Positions 34,365 through 48,383 of a DNA stretch of 64,000 bases are shown piece after piece. The notes beneath the pieces are model-generated. The model did not search any database, had not been told where the DNA came from, and saw only the letters and a list, made by a program, of their open reading frames with translations. Positions within the stretch are counted from its first letter, which is position 1; every line of letters starts with the position of its first letter. The stretch comes from Squalus acanthias (Eukaryota): NCBI GenBank assembly GCA_030390025.1, contig CM059432.1, forward strand, positions 53,074,001 to 53,138,000, written 5' to 3'. The translations under genes and the position numbers were made by a program.

Positions 34365-37300
34365 GGAACCAATGACATAGGTAGAACTAGGAATGAGGTT
34401 CTGCTGAAAGAGTTTGAGGAGCTAGGGTCGAAATTAAAATGCAGAACCTCACAGGTAATAATCTCTGGATTGTTACCTGAGCCATGCGCAAATTGGCATA
34501 GGGACAAACAGATTAGCGGTTTAAATGCATGGCTCAAAGAATGGTGTGAGAGGCAGGGGTTTCAATTCATGGGGCACTGGCACCAGTACTGGGGAAAGAG
34601 GGAGCTGTTCCGTGGGGACGGGCTCCACTTAAACCGGGCTGGGACCAGTGTCCTGGTTAACCGGATAACTAGGGCGGTAGATCAGGCTTTAAACTAATGA
34701 AGGGGAGCGGGAGGATTCAGGAAAGGGTAAGTTCAAAAGCAGTAGGAGAAATGTCAAGGCTGTAGAGCAGAGTAGTGATCTGGGTAAAGATAAGCAGGGT
34801 GGGTCAGGAAGGGACAGAAAGATTAATAAAGGTAATAGGGCATTAGTGAGTAAAGTAACATCAGGGAAAAATTGAAAAAAGTTAAAGCTAAAGGTATTAT
34901 ATCTGAATGCACGAAGCATTCGCAACAAAATAGGTGAATTAATAGCGCAGATAGAAATAAATGGTTTTGATTTACTAGCCATTACAGAGACGTGGTTGCA
35001 GAGTGACCAAGGTTGGGAACTAAATATTCCAGGATAGTTGACTTTTAGAAGAGACAGGCAGAACGGAAAAGGAAGAGGGGTAGCCCTGACAATAAAGGAG
35101 GGAATAAAGACAATAGAGAGAAAGGATCTTGGCTCGGAAAAACAAAATGTAGAATCAGTTTGGATGGAGCTAAGAAACAACAAGGGGCAGAGAACATTAG
35201 TGGGCGTAGTCTATAGGCCCACAAACAGTAGTTGTAATGTAGGGCAGAGTATAAATCAGGAAATTAAAGGTGCATGTAACAAGGGTAATACGGTAAACAT
35301 GGGAACTTTAACTTTCATATAGACTGGGCAAACCAAATTTGCAGAAATAGTGCAGAGGAAGAGTTCATGGAATGCATTCAAGATAATTTTCTAGATCAGT
35401 ATGTCAAGGAACCTACGAGGGAATTGGCTATTTTAGATCCAGTACTGTGCAATGAGACAGGATTAATTAATAACCTTGTAGCAAAGGAGCCTCTGGGGAG
35501 CAGTGATCATAACATGATAGAATATTATGTTGAGTTTGGGAGTGATTTAGTTAAGTCTGAAACTAGGGCCCTAAACTTGAACAAAACAAACTATGTAGGT
35601 TTGAGAGGCAAGTTGGCTAAGGTAGGTTGGGAAGCTAGATTTAAAGGTATGACAGTGGAAAAGCAATGGCAAACATTTAAAGGAATAATTCATAATTCGC
35701 TACAAATAGGGAATAAAAGGAATAAAAACACCACAGGGAAAATGGTCCAACCATGGCTAACAAGAGAAACTAAAGATAGAATTAGATTAAAGGAAAAGGC
35801 TTATAATGTTGCCAAAAAGAATAGTAAGCCTGAGGATTGGGAGGATTTTGAATTCAGCAAAGGAGGACCAAGAAATTGATAAAGAAAGGGAACATAGAAT
35901 ATGAGAGTAAACTAGCGAGAGACATAAAAACAGACTGTAAAAGCTTCTATAGGTATGTAAAAAAGAAAAGATTAGCGAAAGTAAACATAGGTCCCTTACA
36001 GGCTGAGAAATTATAATGGGGAATAAGAAAATGGCAGAGAAATTAAACAAATACTTTGTGTCTGTCTTCATGGATTAAATGCAAAAAACCTCCCGGTAAT
36101 AGTGGAGAACCAAGGGTCTAGCGAGAATGAGGAACTGAAAGAAATTAGTATTAGTAAAAAAATAGTACTGGAGAAATTAATGGGACTGAAAGTCGATAAA
36201 TCCCCTGGAGCTGATGGCTTATGTCCTAATAGGTGGCTATAGAGATAGTGGATGCATTGGTTGTCATCTTCCAAAATTCCATAGATTCTAGATTAGTTCC
36301 CGCGGATTGGAAGGTAGCAAATGTAACCCCACTATTTAAGAAAGGAGGGAGAGAGAAAATGGGGAACTACAGACCAGTTAGCCTGACATCAGTAGTAGGG
36401 AAAATGCTAGAATCTATTATTAAGGACGTGGTAACAGGGCATTAGAAAATAATAATAGGATTGGGCAGAGTCAACACGGATTTATGAAAGGGAAATCATG
36501 TTTGACGAATCTGTTGGAGTTATTTGAGGTTGTACCTAGCAGAATAGATAAGGGGGAACCAGTGGATGTGGTGTATTTGGATTTTCAAAAGGCTTTCAAT
36601 AAGTTGCCATGCAAGAGGTTATTAAACAAAATTAGGGCTCATGGGATTGGTGGTAAAATACTAGCATGGATTGAGGATTGGTTAACGGACAGAAAACAGA
36701 GAGTAGGAATAAACGGGTCATTTTCGGGTTGGCAGGCTGTAACTAGTGGGGTACTGCAAGGATCATTGCTTGGGCCTCAGCTATTCACAATCTACATCAA
36801 TGATTTGGATGAGGGGGCCAAATGTAATATATCCAAGTTTGCTGATGATACAAAGCTAGGTGGGAATGTAAGTTGTGAGGCTTTAAGAGGATATAGACAG
36901 GCTAAGTGAGTGGGCAAGAACATGGCAAATGGAATATAATGTGGAGAAATGTGAAGTTATCCATTTTGGTAGGAAAAATAGAAAAGCAGAGTATTTTTTA
37001 AATGGTGAGAGATTGGGAAATGTTGGTGTTCAGAGGGACCTGGGTGTCCTTGTACACGAATCACTGAAAGTTAACATGCAGGTACAGCAAGCAATTAGGA
37101 AAGCAAATGGTATGTTGGCCTTTATTACAAAAGGATTTGGGTATAAGAGTAAAGACGTCTTACTGCAATTATATAGGGTCTTGTGAGAGCACACCTGGAG
37201 TATTGTGTACAGTTTTGGTCTCCTTACCTAAGGAAGGATATACTTGCCATAGAGGGAGTGCAACAAAGGTTCACTAGACTGATTCATGGGATGGGGGGAT

Positions 37301-38713
37301 TGACCTATGAGGAGAGATTGAGTAGACTAGGCCTATATTCTCTAGAGTTTAGAAGAATGAGAGGTGATCTCATTGAAGCATACACAATTCTTACAGGGCT
37401 TGACAGGATAGATGCAGGGAGGATGTTTCCCCTGGCTGGGGAGTCTAGAACCAGGGGTCACAGTCTCAGAATAAGGGGTCGGCCATTTAGGACTGAGATG
37501 AGGAGAAATTTCTTCACTCAGAGGGTGGTGAATCTTTGGAATTCTCTACCCCAGAGGGCTGTGGAGGCTCAGTTGTTGAGTATATTCAAGACAGAGATTG
37601 ATAGATTTTTGAATATTAAGGGAATTAAGGGATAGGGGATGTGCAGGAAAGTGGAGTTGAGGTAGAAGATCAGCCATGATCTTATTGAATGGCAGAGCAG
37701 GCGCGAGGGGCCGAATGGCCTACTCCTGCTCCTATTTCATATGTTCTTATATGTCATGAGCCAAGTTTGAATGGAGTATCCCTTGTCTCCTTTGAGCCAG
37801 CCATTAAGTCGGCTTCTTGGAATGAAACGGTTTGGAATGTTGGACTGCCACAGTTTGAAAGCATCATGACAGCTCCCAGGGAATCTGGAGCATACCTGCA
37901 TGAACCTCTTCTTGTGTTGCACACCAGCTGTACATTGATGGAAGAATATCTCTTGCGGTTGATAAAAACTCCTGGTTGCTGTGGTGGTGCTCGAATTGCC
38001 ATGTATGTGCAATCGATGACACCCTGCACCTGTGGGAAGCCAGGCAAAGAGGCGAATGCGAACACCTGCTTATTCTGGCTATTATCATCACTGGGGAAGT
38101 TTAAATAACTCCCAGCCCTGGAAAACAATCAATCCATCATGTGCCTTATGCCTATATTCAGCAGAGTACAAGACCCTTGAGATATCTCCGGCAACACCCT
38201 GAGTCAACCAGAGTCAAAAAAATTGTGGTGACTTTCACAGCCACTGGTAATGCATAGCTGCCAAGTCCAGCAGGTAGCAGGTCTACTTCTAGGAGGCTGC
38301 AGATGTCTGCGACCACCTGACGTAACAACCTCAGCCTGCAGAAGCACTGCTCTTCCGAGAGATCAAGGAAGCTGAGCCTCTGCCTGTATACTCGGTTATC
38401 TATGTAGTGCCCCCTGTGACCTGTGCACTTCCCTCCTGTGCACCTCCCTCCTATGCATTACTCTCCTATGCACCTGGTGATCTCACCACAACACGTCATT
38501 GCTGCAGTGGATGGTGATGATCTTGATCTTCCTCTTTTGATGTACTGTCAAAAACATCCGCTGGTGTCTGTTTGAAAGACTCCAAAGTTCTCCAATACCT
38601 GTATGTGACAAGAACTCTCTGCTAAACGTTTGCCATTGAGAACTGACAAAGCAGCTGTAAGAGCTGAGCAATTATTAAGTTCAGGCTTTCTGAAGTTGAT
38701 AGACCCCCATGAA

Positions 38714-40268
38714 GTTCACTCCAAGTGATATCTAGAAATGGTTGAGCGCACTGAATACAGCAAAGGCTAGGGGCCCCGACAACATCCCAGCTTTAGTGTT
38801 GAAGACTTGTACTCCAGAACTAGCCGTGCCTCTAGCCAAGCTGTTCCAATACAGCTACAACACTGGCATCTCCCGACAAAGTGGAAAATTGCCCAGGTAT
38901 GTACCATCTACAAAAAGCAGGAAAAATCCAATCTGGCCAATTACCGCCCCATCAGGCTACTCCCAATCATCAGCAAAGTGATGGAAGGTGTCATTTACAA
39001 TGCTATCAAGTGACACTTACTCATCGATAACTTGCTCACCGATGTGCAGTTTGAGTTCCGCTAGAACCACTCGGCTCCAAACGTCATTATCGCCTTGGTC
39101 CAAACATAGACAAAAGAGCTCCAGAGGTGAGGTGAGAGTGACTGCCCTTGACATCAAGGCAGCATTTGACTGAGTGTGATACCATGGAGTCCGAGTAAAA
39201 CTGAAGTGAATGAGGATCAGAGGGAAAACTTTCCACTGGCTGGAGAGAAGATGGTTGTGGGTTTTAGAGGCCAGTCATCTCAGCCCCAGGACATCGCAGC
39301 AGGAGTTCCTCAGGGCAGTGTCCTAGGCCCAACCATCTTCAGCTGCTTCATCAATGACCTTCCCTCCGTCAGAAGTGCGGATGTTCGCTGATGACTGCCA
39401 GTGTTCAATTCCATTCACAATCCTCAGATAATGAAACAGTCCGTGCCCGCAAGCAGCAAGACTTGCGGAATATCAGGCTTGAGCTGATAAGTGGCAAGTA
39501 CATTCACACCACACAAGTGCCAGGCAATGACCATCTTCAACAAGAGAGAGTTTAACCAACACCCCTTGACATTCAATGGCATTACCATTGTCTAATCCCT
39601 CACCATCAACATCCTGGGGGGTCACCATTGACCAGAAACTTAACTGGACCAGCCACATAAATACTGTGCTATAATAGCAGGTCAGAGGCTGGGTATTCTG
39701 TGGCAAGTGACTCACTTCCTGACTCCAAAGCCTTTCCATCATCTAAAAGGCACAAGTCAGAAGTGTGATGAAACACTCTCCACTTGCCTGGATGATTGCA
39801 GCTCCAACAATATTCAAGGAGCTCAACACCATCCAGAACAAAGCAGTCAAAGCTTGATCGGCACCCCATCCACTACCTTAAACATTCACTCCCTCCACCA
39901 CTGGCGCACCGTGACTGCAGTGTATACCATCTACATTGTCAAGGCTTCTTCAACAGTATGTCCCAAACCCGAGACCTCTACCACCTAGAAGGACAAGGGC
40001 AGGAGGCGCATGGGAATACCACCACCTCCAACTTCCCCTTCAAGTCACACACGATCCTGTCTTGGAAATATATCACTGTTCCTTCATCGTTGCTGGGTCA
40101 TAATGCTGGAACTCCCTCCCTAACAGCACTGTGGGAGTACCTTCACCACACAGACTGCAGCAATTCAGAATGGTGGCTCAGCACCACCTTCTCAAGGGCA
40201 ATTAGGGATGGGCAATAAATGCTGACCATACCAGTAATGCCCATGTCCCATGAAGAAGTAAATAAAAA
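38714..40268 (+). mobile_element. CR1/L2-group LINE, degenerate RT and 3' end
   Basis: KARGPDNIP, NYRPI, LDIKAAFD, GVPQGSVLGPTIFSCFINDL. 3' end gggcaataaatgctg. Confidence 0.85.
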
Positions 40269-41109
40269 ATAAATTTAAAACAATGCACCTACAACTTGTC
40301 TCCTTTTTACTGGTCAGTTTCACAATCCCCGGAAACCCATGCTGGAGATGTTATATTTAGAGGTCAGTTAAATTCAAGTTAAAAAGACCCAATTGACGTC
40401 TCATAAGGATGTTAATTGCTGTGATAACTACCCGCCCGCCTGCACTAATTAAAGTCCCAACTGCGTTGAGTAGTTTATTTGCAGGCATCCAAACACGGCT
40501 CCGTTAAACTTGGAAGTGGTCGCGTTGGAGCTGGGTTGCGGTCACGGTCCAAAAATCAATTATTTTAATTGCCCGCCTGTCCCAACCCACCTGTTCTTGG
40601 GGGTTAAAATTTCCCCCTCGTGTGTCTACCCTATCAAACATTTTTGAAGGGCCCATTTTCAAATTGATTAGTAATCATGGACCCCCCCCAGCTAAATTAT
40701 AATACTCATAATATGAAAGTGCTGCATGTTTTAATATTGCTTTTAAGAAAACAGGTATTTACTTACAGATATCAGTGAGATGGGTGTGCCTGCTTCTCAC
40801 ACCAATTCTGGGTACTCCACAGCAACAGAAGGCCACTATTAGCCATTTACTGCTGGACAACTTTTAAAGGCCAAGGTGAGTGAGGGCACGAGCACCCAAG
40901 CATATGCTGGGATACAGACATGTTCTGTAACAGCTGCACTGTGGGATTGTACGTGTTTGCGTGAACACGTTCAGGTACCTGTTTGAAGGCCCCGCAGGTG
41001 CTCTGATCATGTGTCAGCACAGGGTCACGGCACCAGGGAGAAGAATCAACTTGACTGGCAGGGAGCGCTCGTTGCAATGTGAGTGAGAGCTGTGGGCCTC
41101 TGTGAGGAG

Positions 41110-41531
41110 GTGGGCCCAGCCATTGAGAATAATTCTTAAAAACTGAATTAGGGTTGGTTTTATAAAGAGTTAACTCCGGTAATTATTTTAAAATATTTTA
41201 ATTATTTTTAAATATTTAACCTTTATAAAGGAGACATCATCCTCCAATGCCCTCCATAAAGAATTTAGCTAATGAGATTTTGGAGATTCATTCCACCAAG
41301 AACCAAAAAGCCAAAAAGAAACTATGAGTTATTTTAATTATCTGAGTCACATTTAAAACCGGGACCTGCTGCCTTCCAGCAGGTGTCCTGCTTGCCTGCT
41401 AAAAAGAGTAGGTTAATATTGGGCCACGTGAGAATGCAGCAGGATTGAAGGAGGTAAGTCGCACAGGGCATTTTGACTGTCTCCTGCCCAGTTTCCGCCG
41501 GGTAGGAAAGAGGGTTGAAATCCTCCGCCCC
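41110..41531. mobile_element. Old Harbinger-type MITE remnant
   Basis: AT-rich core followed by a GC arm ending gttgaaatcctccgcccc. Confidence 0.35.
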
Positions 41532-42445
41532 TCCACCTGATTATCCTTCGTTTGTTCTGGCGATCCATAGCAATTCCCAGTTAAGGGTTACCTTCCCTTA
41601 TTGTCACAGATCTCTACTTGAGCTTATAAAATTGAAGCTGCACGCAAAGTACTTGTAGGCAAAAAAAAATGTGTCTGTTTATATCATGAGAACAGCCAGA
41701 GCAGACAATGCTTGACGCAGAACTGAACGCAAGTGCCACTGAAAAACACAACCCAATGGGTTGTTAGCGCCGATTTAATATGTCGCAATGCTCGTTCCGT
41801 ACCATGAGACTTCCTGTGCAATTGTATCCTGGTTACAATCCGTGTCTTTATATCTGTTTTTTGCTTTCATCTTCTTAAGACATGTTGGACTTTTTAATTT
41901 TAAACTTTTGAGTTACAGAGCAATATGCACCATTCAATGGGGGAAAAATTCGGTACCTTAGCGCCTCCTGTTAGTGCCAGCAGATGGCGCTAACGGGGCA
42001 CTAGAGCATTATCGCTGGGGCGCGGCGAATCCAACACCGCATGCCAAATCCAGCCGCGCCCCCCCCCCCGCAGCACCACCGCTAACAGTTATCGCCAGGA
42101 ACCTCTACGCCATGTGGATTGTGACGTCAGTGAGTGTGCAACGCTCACTGGCCACCCGATCTGTGAAATTGATTGTGGCCACCTATCTTAGTGCCTGGAG
42201 GAAACAGCGACAGGGAGCGCTGGCGTGAAGCAACATGAAGCCGGCTCCAGGGATGTTATTTAAAGGGATCATCAGTAATGAATCGCAGCTGTAGGCTAGT
42301 AGAGTTTCAGTGCTTTCTTGTCAGCTTCACATAGTGCAACAGGCTCATTCCATAATTTCAAGGTTATTTAGTATCAGGAGTGTTGTGGCAACTAAAAAGT
42401 AGCTACATTTATTCTTAAAAAAATCAAACTGCTACACTTACATTA

Positions 42446-43632
42446 ATGGGGGCTGTACTGGCAGTCGACCTCGCCCTCCAGGATCTACAGTGGCGGGAGC
42501 GTAGGCAGGGAGAAAGAATGGAACATGTGCCCAGAGGGAGGAGGCCGGCCATCAGGGCTCTCAACAGGAGGCCTTACCCTCTGAGGGTATTCTGAATGCA
42601 CTTCTCCTACCTTCAATTAAGCGAGGGGCAGTGTATTAGAAGGCGGTCACAGAACTCTGCCACCTCCTGCAACCAGACCTCCAGCCTCAGATCAGGGCGA
42701 CCACGGCTCTCTCAGTGGCAGTCAAGGTCACCATTGCCCTCAATTTCTTCGCCAGTGAATCCTTCCAGTCTGCAACAGGAGACATAGCCAACATCTGGCA
42801 GTTCAGCGTCCATCGCTGCATCCAGGAGGTCACAGAAGCTCTCTAGAATAGGAGAAGGGACTACATTTCCTTCCCCATCACCAGAGAGAAGCAGGACGAG
42901 CATGCATGTGGCTTTGCCAGGATAGCGGGATTCCCCATGGTGCAGGGTGCCATTGACTGCACCCACGTGGCTTTGTGGGCACCGCATAACAATCCTGAGA
43001 TCTTCCGTAACCGCAAAGGCTACCACTCACTTAATGTGCAGTTGGTGTGCGACCACAGACAGCTAATTCTCAATATCAATGCCCGCTATCCTGGCAGTAG
43101 CCACGATGCCTTAATTCTACGCCAGACCAGTGTGCCAGCACCCTTCCAGCCACCACGTCAAGCTTGCGGCTAGCTAATCGGAGACAAGGGCTATCTGCTC
43201 TCCACCTGGCTCATGACTCCCCTCTGCAACCTCAACACTCCTGCCCAGCACTCATATAATGAAAGCCATGCTGTCACCAGGAACATCATCAAGCAGACCA
43301 TTGGGGTGCTCAGGCAATGGTTCCGCTGCCTTGACTGCTTGGGAGGAGCCCTCCAGTACTCAGCAAAGCGGGTGTGCCATTTCGTGGTGGTCTGCTGCAT
43401 GCTCCACAAATTGGCCATCATGAGGGCCCAGCTCTTGCCACCAGAGATTGTGGGACCACCTCAGGAGGAGGAAGAGGGAGAGGAGGAGGAGGACGAGAAG
43501 GAAGAGGAAGACAAGGAGGATGACGAGGACAATGAGGAAGAGGAATAACAGGAGCGAGGGAGGAGGCAGCCACTCAATCGGCCTTCCGGAAGGACGGTCT
43601 GAGATCGCCTCATCAGACTGTGGTTCGAATGA
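42446..43632 (+). pseudogene. Harbinger DDE transposase (HARBI1-like) with stops and frameshift
   Basis: GAIDCTHV, NRKGYHSLNVQLVCD, YPGSSHDA, GDKGY, YNESH, acidic tail. Confidence 0.92.
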
Positions 43633-43861
43633 AATAAACCCCAGATCCCCGTTGCTCACCAAATCCCCATCATTCCATCCCTGTCGCAGGCCATATCACA
43701 GCGCAAAGCTGAAATGAGACACATCACAACAGAATCCAAACTGAATTAATAAATTCATCAATAATGAGTGAAAACATATTTACAACAAAAATGTTAACTA
43801 TTAACCCTTGTGCAATCCCTTAGTGCCTCTCGTTACTGTGCGTTTGCCTACTCTAGTGCTC

Positions 43862-45703
43862 CTACGAAGTGTTTGGCCCAATGGCTGCAGCAGGGCTGGT
43901 GCAAGGCTGCTGAATGTCCATGCAGGAGACTTCAGATGTCTTTGGAGGATGCCCTCGACCAGCTCTGGGCCTAGAAGGCCCGGCTGTGGAATGCACCACC
44001 TCAGCATGGGCGGCAGCAGTCTGGGCTGGCTGGATGAGAGGCAGCAACAAGGGTAATGGTGGAGTATCAGTGGTGGGAGCAGGAATGCTGTCATCCTGAG
44101 AAAGGACAGCAGGTTCCTGCTCCACTGACTCACTGCCACTCCCCCGGGGCAGCACCTCAGCATCCCTAGCCATCTGTTGGAGCACAGGTTGCTGGCCTGC
44201 TGCAACACCGTGAAAGCCCCGATCGATGGTGGTAGACCCAGCCACGATGGCAGCAGTCAGAGCTTGCATGGCATCAAGCTGAGACTGCATGAGAGCAGTC
44301 TGAGATTGGATGCCACCAAGCATAGTCTGCATTACAGCACTAAGACATTGCGTCACTTCTGCCTGTACTGCAATGGAAACTTCCAGATCGCCCATTACAT
44401 GTGGCATCAGGTCTGGTTCGTCACAGTCTCTCTGGAAGTCTACCATCCTTTGCAGACTGGAAATGATGGGCTCCATTGTGTGCGCAGAGCCTTGTGCAAT
44501 GTTGGAGGCAGACTCCTCCACGCTCCTTATCATTGCCGAGAGGCTCTCGGGACCCCTTGCTATTGCAACTATCACCTTCGTGTTCATGTCCATCACCCTT
44601 CTTCTAAACGCCTCCCCGTCGAGGTCCTCATCTGAGTCCTGTGCAGCAGAACTAGAACTCGTGTGTGAACTCGCCCTCTGGGGAGTTGGCCCCCGAGCTA
44701 CCCTCTGCCCCTGGCCTTGCTGCAGCCCACTTGTCCCCGGTGCCTCACCCTGTGCAGATCCCACTCCTATACTAGCCTCTAAAGAACACTTAGTGCCAGT
44801 ATCTGAACTGGTGCCTGCGGGTGAGACATGCAGTGACGCGGTGTGTTCTTCCTCCTCCTCTTCTCCTGCCTCGCTCTCTACAGTGCCCTCAGGGACAGGC
44901 TGCTTAGGTGCTTGCTGATTAACTGAAAGCATAAAGGCACAAGAGTCGGATAAAGTTGAGGGGAGGGGGGCAGGAAGAGAGAAATGCATGCATACAGCAT
45001 AATTAGCTGGAAAGTGCGAAACACTTGTTGGACGAGAAGGAAGTGGGAAGTGAGAAGAAGGAGTAGGGATGAACATACCATTGTTGTCCCCAAGGGGGTC
45101 AACGTCACCGGTGGCCCACCACCTGGCACCCAATAATGTGCAGCACTCTATGTTCCAGCGCAGCCAGTGGTTGGTTGTCGGCTTGTTGCCCGCCTGTGTG
45201 CTCCTGCTCCCTTCTGTTGTGAGCCACCTTGACCTGCAAGAGAAAGGAAAGTGTGTGAGTAAGTGTGGAGCAATGTGTTTGGGTGATGTGCCTACCATAG
45301 TTGAATAGCTGTCATTGTGTGCAAGGCGTGAGATGTGGGTCTGAGTGTTGGTAGGTAGTGATTGTTGGTGGGTGAGTGCTGGAGGTGTGATGCTTTGGGC
45401 AGTGTGTGAAGACTATGGTTCAGACGGTGGTATGTAGCATTTGTTGAAGCATTCACTCACCCTGACCACCCTGAGTGAGGTCATAAAATTTCTTCTGCAC
45501 TGTGTGTGGGCCCTGGGGACCACAGTGCTGCTCGAGACGTGCTGCGCTACCTCCCTTCACATGGTGTGGAAGACTTGCGGCGAGGGCCTCCTGCCACTTG
45601 CCGGGTAGAGCACCGCCCTCCGTCTCTCCACAGCGAACACCAACACCTCCAATGCTTGATCGCTGAATCTACGGGCTCTCTTCCTGAGGCGTGGATCTGA
45701 CAT
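43862..45703 (-). pseudogene. Harbinger Myb/SANT-like DNA-binding gene, 3 exons (45703-45461, 45233-45079, 44922-~43862)
   Basis: RARRFSDQALEVLV...YPASGRRP, canonical GT/AG sites, stop and frameshift in exons 1 and 2. Confidence 0.85.
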
Positions 45704-46061
45704 GAGTACAGCTGCTTCAGTCCTCCGGATCATTCTTCTGACCAGCTGCTGCTTGCTGAGTCAGCTGCACAGTCAGCAATGCTGAAAATGAGGTTCTGCA
45801 GCATCAATGAACCTCCTCTTTAAGAACTGGAAAAAGCCTGTGGCAATCATGACTTGCGATTAGACTGCACCTGATATTGGCCCACCCTTTGAGTGTAACG
45901 CCAATGAGCTTGGGCTTAAAGACTTGAATTAGGATTCCAATCATTTCTTTGAGCAGTGAGCATGAATTTTGTGTGTAGTCTAAAGCATTAGTGCCTGGCG
46001 CTAATTCTCCAACTTTTCTAATTATACCGCCCATTCCTGGGCTATAATGAATTTCTAGCCC

Positions 46062-46157
46062 ATTAATTTTTAATTTTTAATTTCCTCCGGTCGCGGACCC
46101 CCTGGAAAGTCTCTATGGACCCCCAGGTGTCCGCAGACCCCAGTTTGAGAAACACTG
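46062..46157. mobile_element. hAT-like terminus fragment
   Basis: Ends in cagtttgagaaacactg; homologous to 11310-11387. Confidence 0.5.
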
Positions 46158-47057
46158 AATTAGATCACCCCTTAACCTTCTATTCTTGAGGAGATACAAA
46201 CCAAGTATATGGAACCTGTCCTCATAATTTAAACATATAAGCCCTGGTATCATTCTGGTGAACCTGTGCTGTACCCCCTCCAAAGACCTTTTGTATTCCA
46301 ACCTCCTTGAGATAAACACCAACATCCTATTAGTCTTTTTGATTAGTTTTTGAACCTGTGCACTAGCCTTTAGTGATTTATGTAAAGTGACAGCTAAATC
46401 CCTTTGCTCCTCCACAGTTCCTAGTTTCTCGCAATTAAGAAAATATTCCGATTTGTCTTTCTCAGATCCAAAGTGAATGATCTTACACTCCCCCGCAGTG
46501 AACTCCATCTACCACAGTTTCGCCCACTCACTTAATCTGTCTATATCACTTTGTAAATTCCTGCTTCCATCTACACAACTTACTGTGTTTCCTAACTTTG
46601 TGTCATCTGCAAACCTGGATATACAACTCTTTAAGTCATCAATATATATGGTGAAAAGCTGAGGCCCAGTATAGATCCCTGGGGGACACCAGACACCAGT
46701 CACCATCCTGCCAATCAGAGAATGATCCCTTTATCACTAGTCTCTCTCTCCTACCTCCCAACCCATTACCAAGCTATGTCACAAGGTTATCTCTAATTCT
46801 GCGTACTTTCATTTTTGCTAATATTCTCTTGTGTGCAATCTTATCAAATGCCTTCTGAAAGTCCACATAGACAATATCCATAGACATTCCCCTATTCACC
46901 ATGCCAGTGGCTTCTTCTAAAAATTCACCCAGATTAGTCAGACATGACCTACACGTCACAAATCCATGCTGACTCTCTTTGATCAGCTCATACTTGTCCA
47001 AGGGCTCAGTCACTCTGTCCCTGAGAATAGATTCCAGTAACTTCCCCACAACTGATG
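46158..47057 (-). mobile_element. Old CR1 RT fragment
   Basis: ESQHGF, DFQKAFDK and RFADDTKLG across frameshifts. Confidence 0.85.
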
Positions 47058-48352
47058 TACGTGCATACACCAGCAGTATGCAGAGTAGGCAGATTGTGAC
47101 GTCAGTCAGCATGTAATGCTGATTTGACCCACGACCTGCCATTTTCAACCTCACCGCTCCATTCAGCGCCCTCTCCTAAACACGAGGGACCTGCACCAGC
47201 GTGACTTAAAGGGATACATCCAAATTGCAGATTAGTTGCTTATTGCTATCTATTGGCTCTTGCAGAGTTTTTAGGAGTACTGGGTTGCTAGAAGAGTTTT
47301 GACAAGATGGTAAAGTGTGCAGGGAGTGCTGCTGGACGTTGGGAAGACGTTGACTGCTACTGGAAGGTCTCTGAGTACACCACTTGCTCCCAGTCATGAG
47401 GGCTCTAGTTGTAGTCCCCCTTGCGCTGCAGCATGACAGGGAGATGGAGCAGAGGCAACAAAGAAGACAAGCTGCTCACAGAGGGAGGAGGAGGAGGAGG
47501 GCTCTTAGCAAGAGGCCTTACCAACCTAGGATCTTCAGGGAGCACTTCTCCTACCTGCACCTAATCCAGAAGCAGTGTGTTCAGTGACTCCGCTTCACAA
47601 AGAAGGTGGTCACAGAACTCTGCTACCTCTTGTAACCAGACCTGCAGCCTCAGAGCAGGGTGACTATGGCTCTGCCAATGGCCCTCAAGGTGACCGTGGT
47701 CCTGAATTTTTGCACCAGCGGATCCTTCCAGGCTGGAACAGACGACATAGCTAACACCTCCCAGTTCCCCATCCATCGCTGCATCTGGGAGGTCACAGAG
47801 ACTGTGAACGCTGGGAGAGGGGACTTAATTGTCTTCTCTCGACTGCACACACATGGCTTTGTGGGCGCTGCATCTCAATGGTGAGATGTACCATAACCAC
47901 AAATGGTACCACTCACTTAATGTGCAGTTGGGGCACGACCATGCCCAGCACGTCATGATGGTGAATGCCCGCTATCCTGGCAGCAGTCATGATGCCTTCA
48001 TCCTGCGCCAGCCCGCTGTGACAGCAATCTTCCAGCCACCTCGTCGAACCTGAGGGTGGCTGCTTGGTGACAAGGGCTATCTGCTGTATGCCTGGCTGAT
48101 GACACCCCTCCGCAACCCCACCACTCGTGAATAGAACTCATATAATGAGAGCCATGTTGCCGTGAGGAACGTCATCGAGCAGACCATCGGGGTGCTCAAT
48201 CCACAGCCATGACTGCTTGGGAGGAGCCCTCCAGTATTCGTTGAAGCAAATGCCACAATTTGTGGTGGTCTGCCGCATCCTCCACAACTTGGTCATCATG
48301 AGGGCGCAGCCATTGCCACCATGTGTTCCACGAATACCTCAGGAGGAGGAGA

Positions 48353-48383
<31 letters not shown>

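Larger units (their letters stand above)
29931..37751 (+). mobile_element. Full-length degenerate CR1 with three insertions in ORF1
   Basis: 5' UTR; ORF1 pieces 30275-30462, 31361-31465, 32756-33061, 34373-34697 (GDSIVRG, GTND, DGLHL); ORF2 ~34880-37635; tail; tgt flanks. Confidence 0.92.
29444..38710 (-). pseudogene. Harbinger B DDE transposase (HARBI1-like), split by a SINE tail and a full-length CR1
   Basis: GVIDCTYM, FPGSCHDA and GDKGY (37752-38130) rejoin through WLMTPVRNTT to YNESH...AIEQ..IGMLK (29464-29812). Confidence 0.87.
18696..40617. mobile_element. Harbinger element B, broken into pieces by nested insertions
   Basis: Pieces ~18696-19224, 20483-21089, 26821-27526, 29116-29812, 29917-29930, 37752-38713 and 40270-40617 are colinear. 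Myb gene on + (exons 18956-19195, 20750-20909, 21049 onward), transposase on -, right TIR taaaatttccccc. Confidence 0.8.
41939..46061. mobile_element. Full-length, uninterrupted but inactivated Harbinger A (4.1 kb)
   Basis: TIRs gggggaaaaattc / gaatttctagccc, flanks aat/att, convergent transposase and Myb genes. Confidence 0.93.

Noticed and set aside
40769..40875. + strand coding exon (ttacag|...caag|gtgagt)
   Set aside because: Stops in all three frames.
43862..45298. 478-aa ORF as an intact or domesticated gene
   Set aside because: It reads through introns of the Harbinger Myb gene. Only exon 3 is in its true frame, and the DNA-binding exon 1 has a stop and frameshift.
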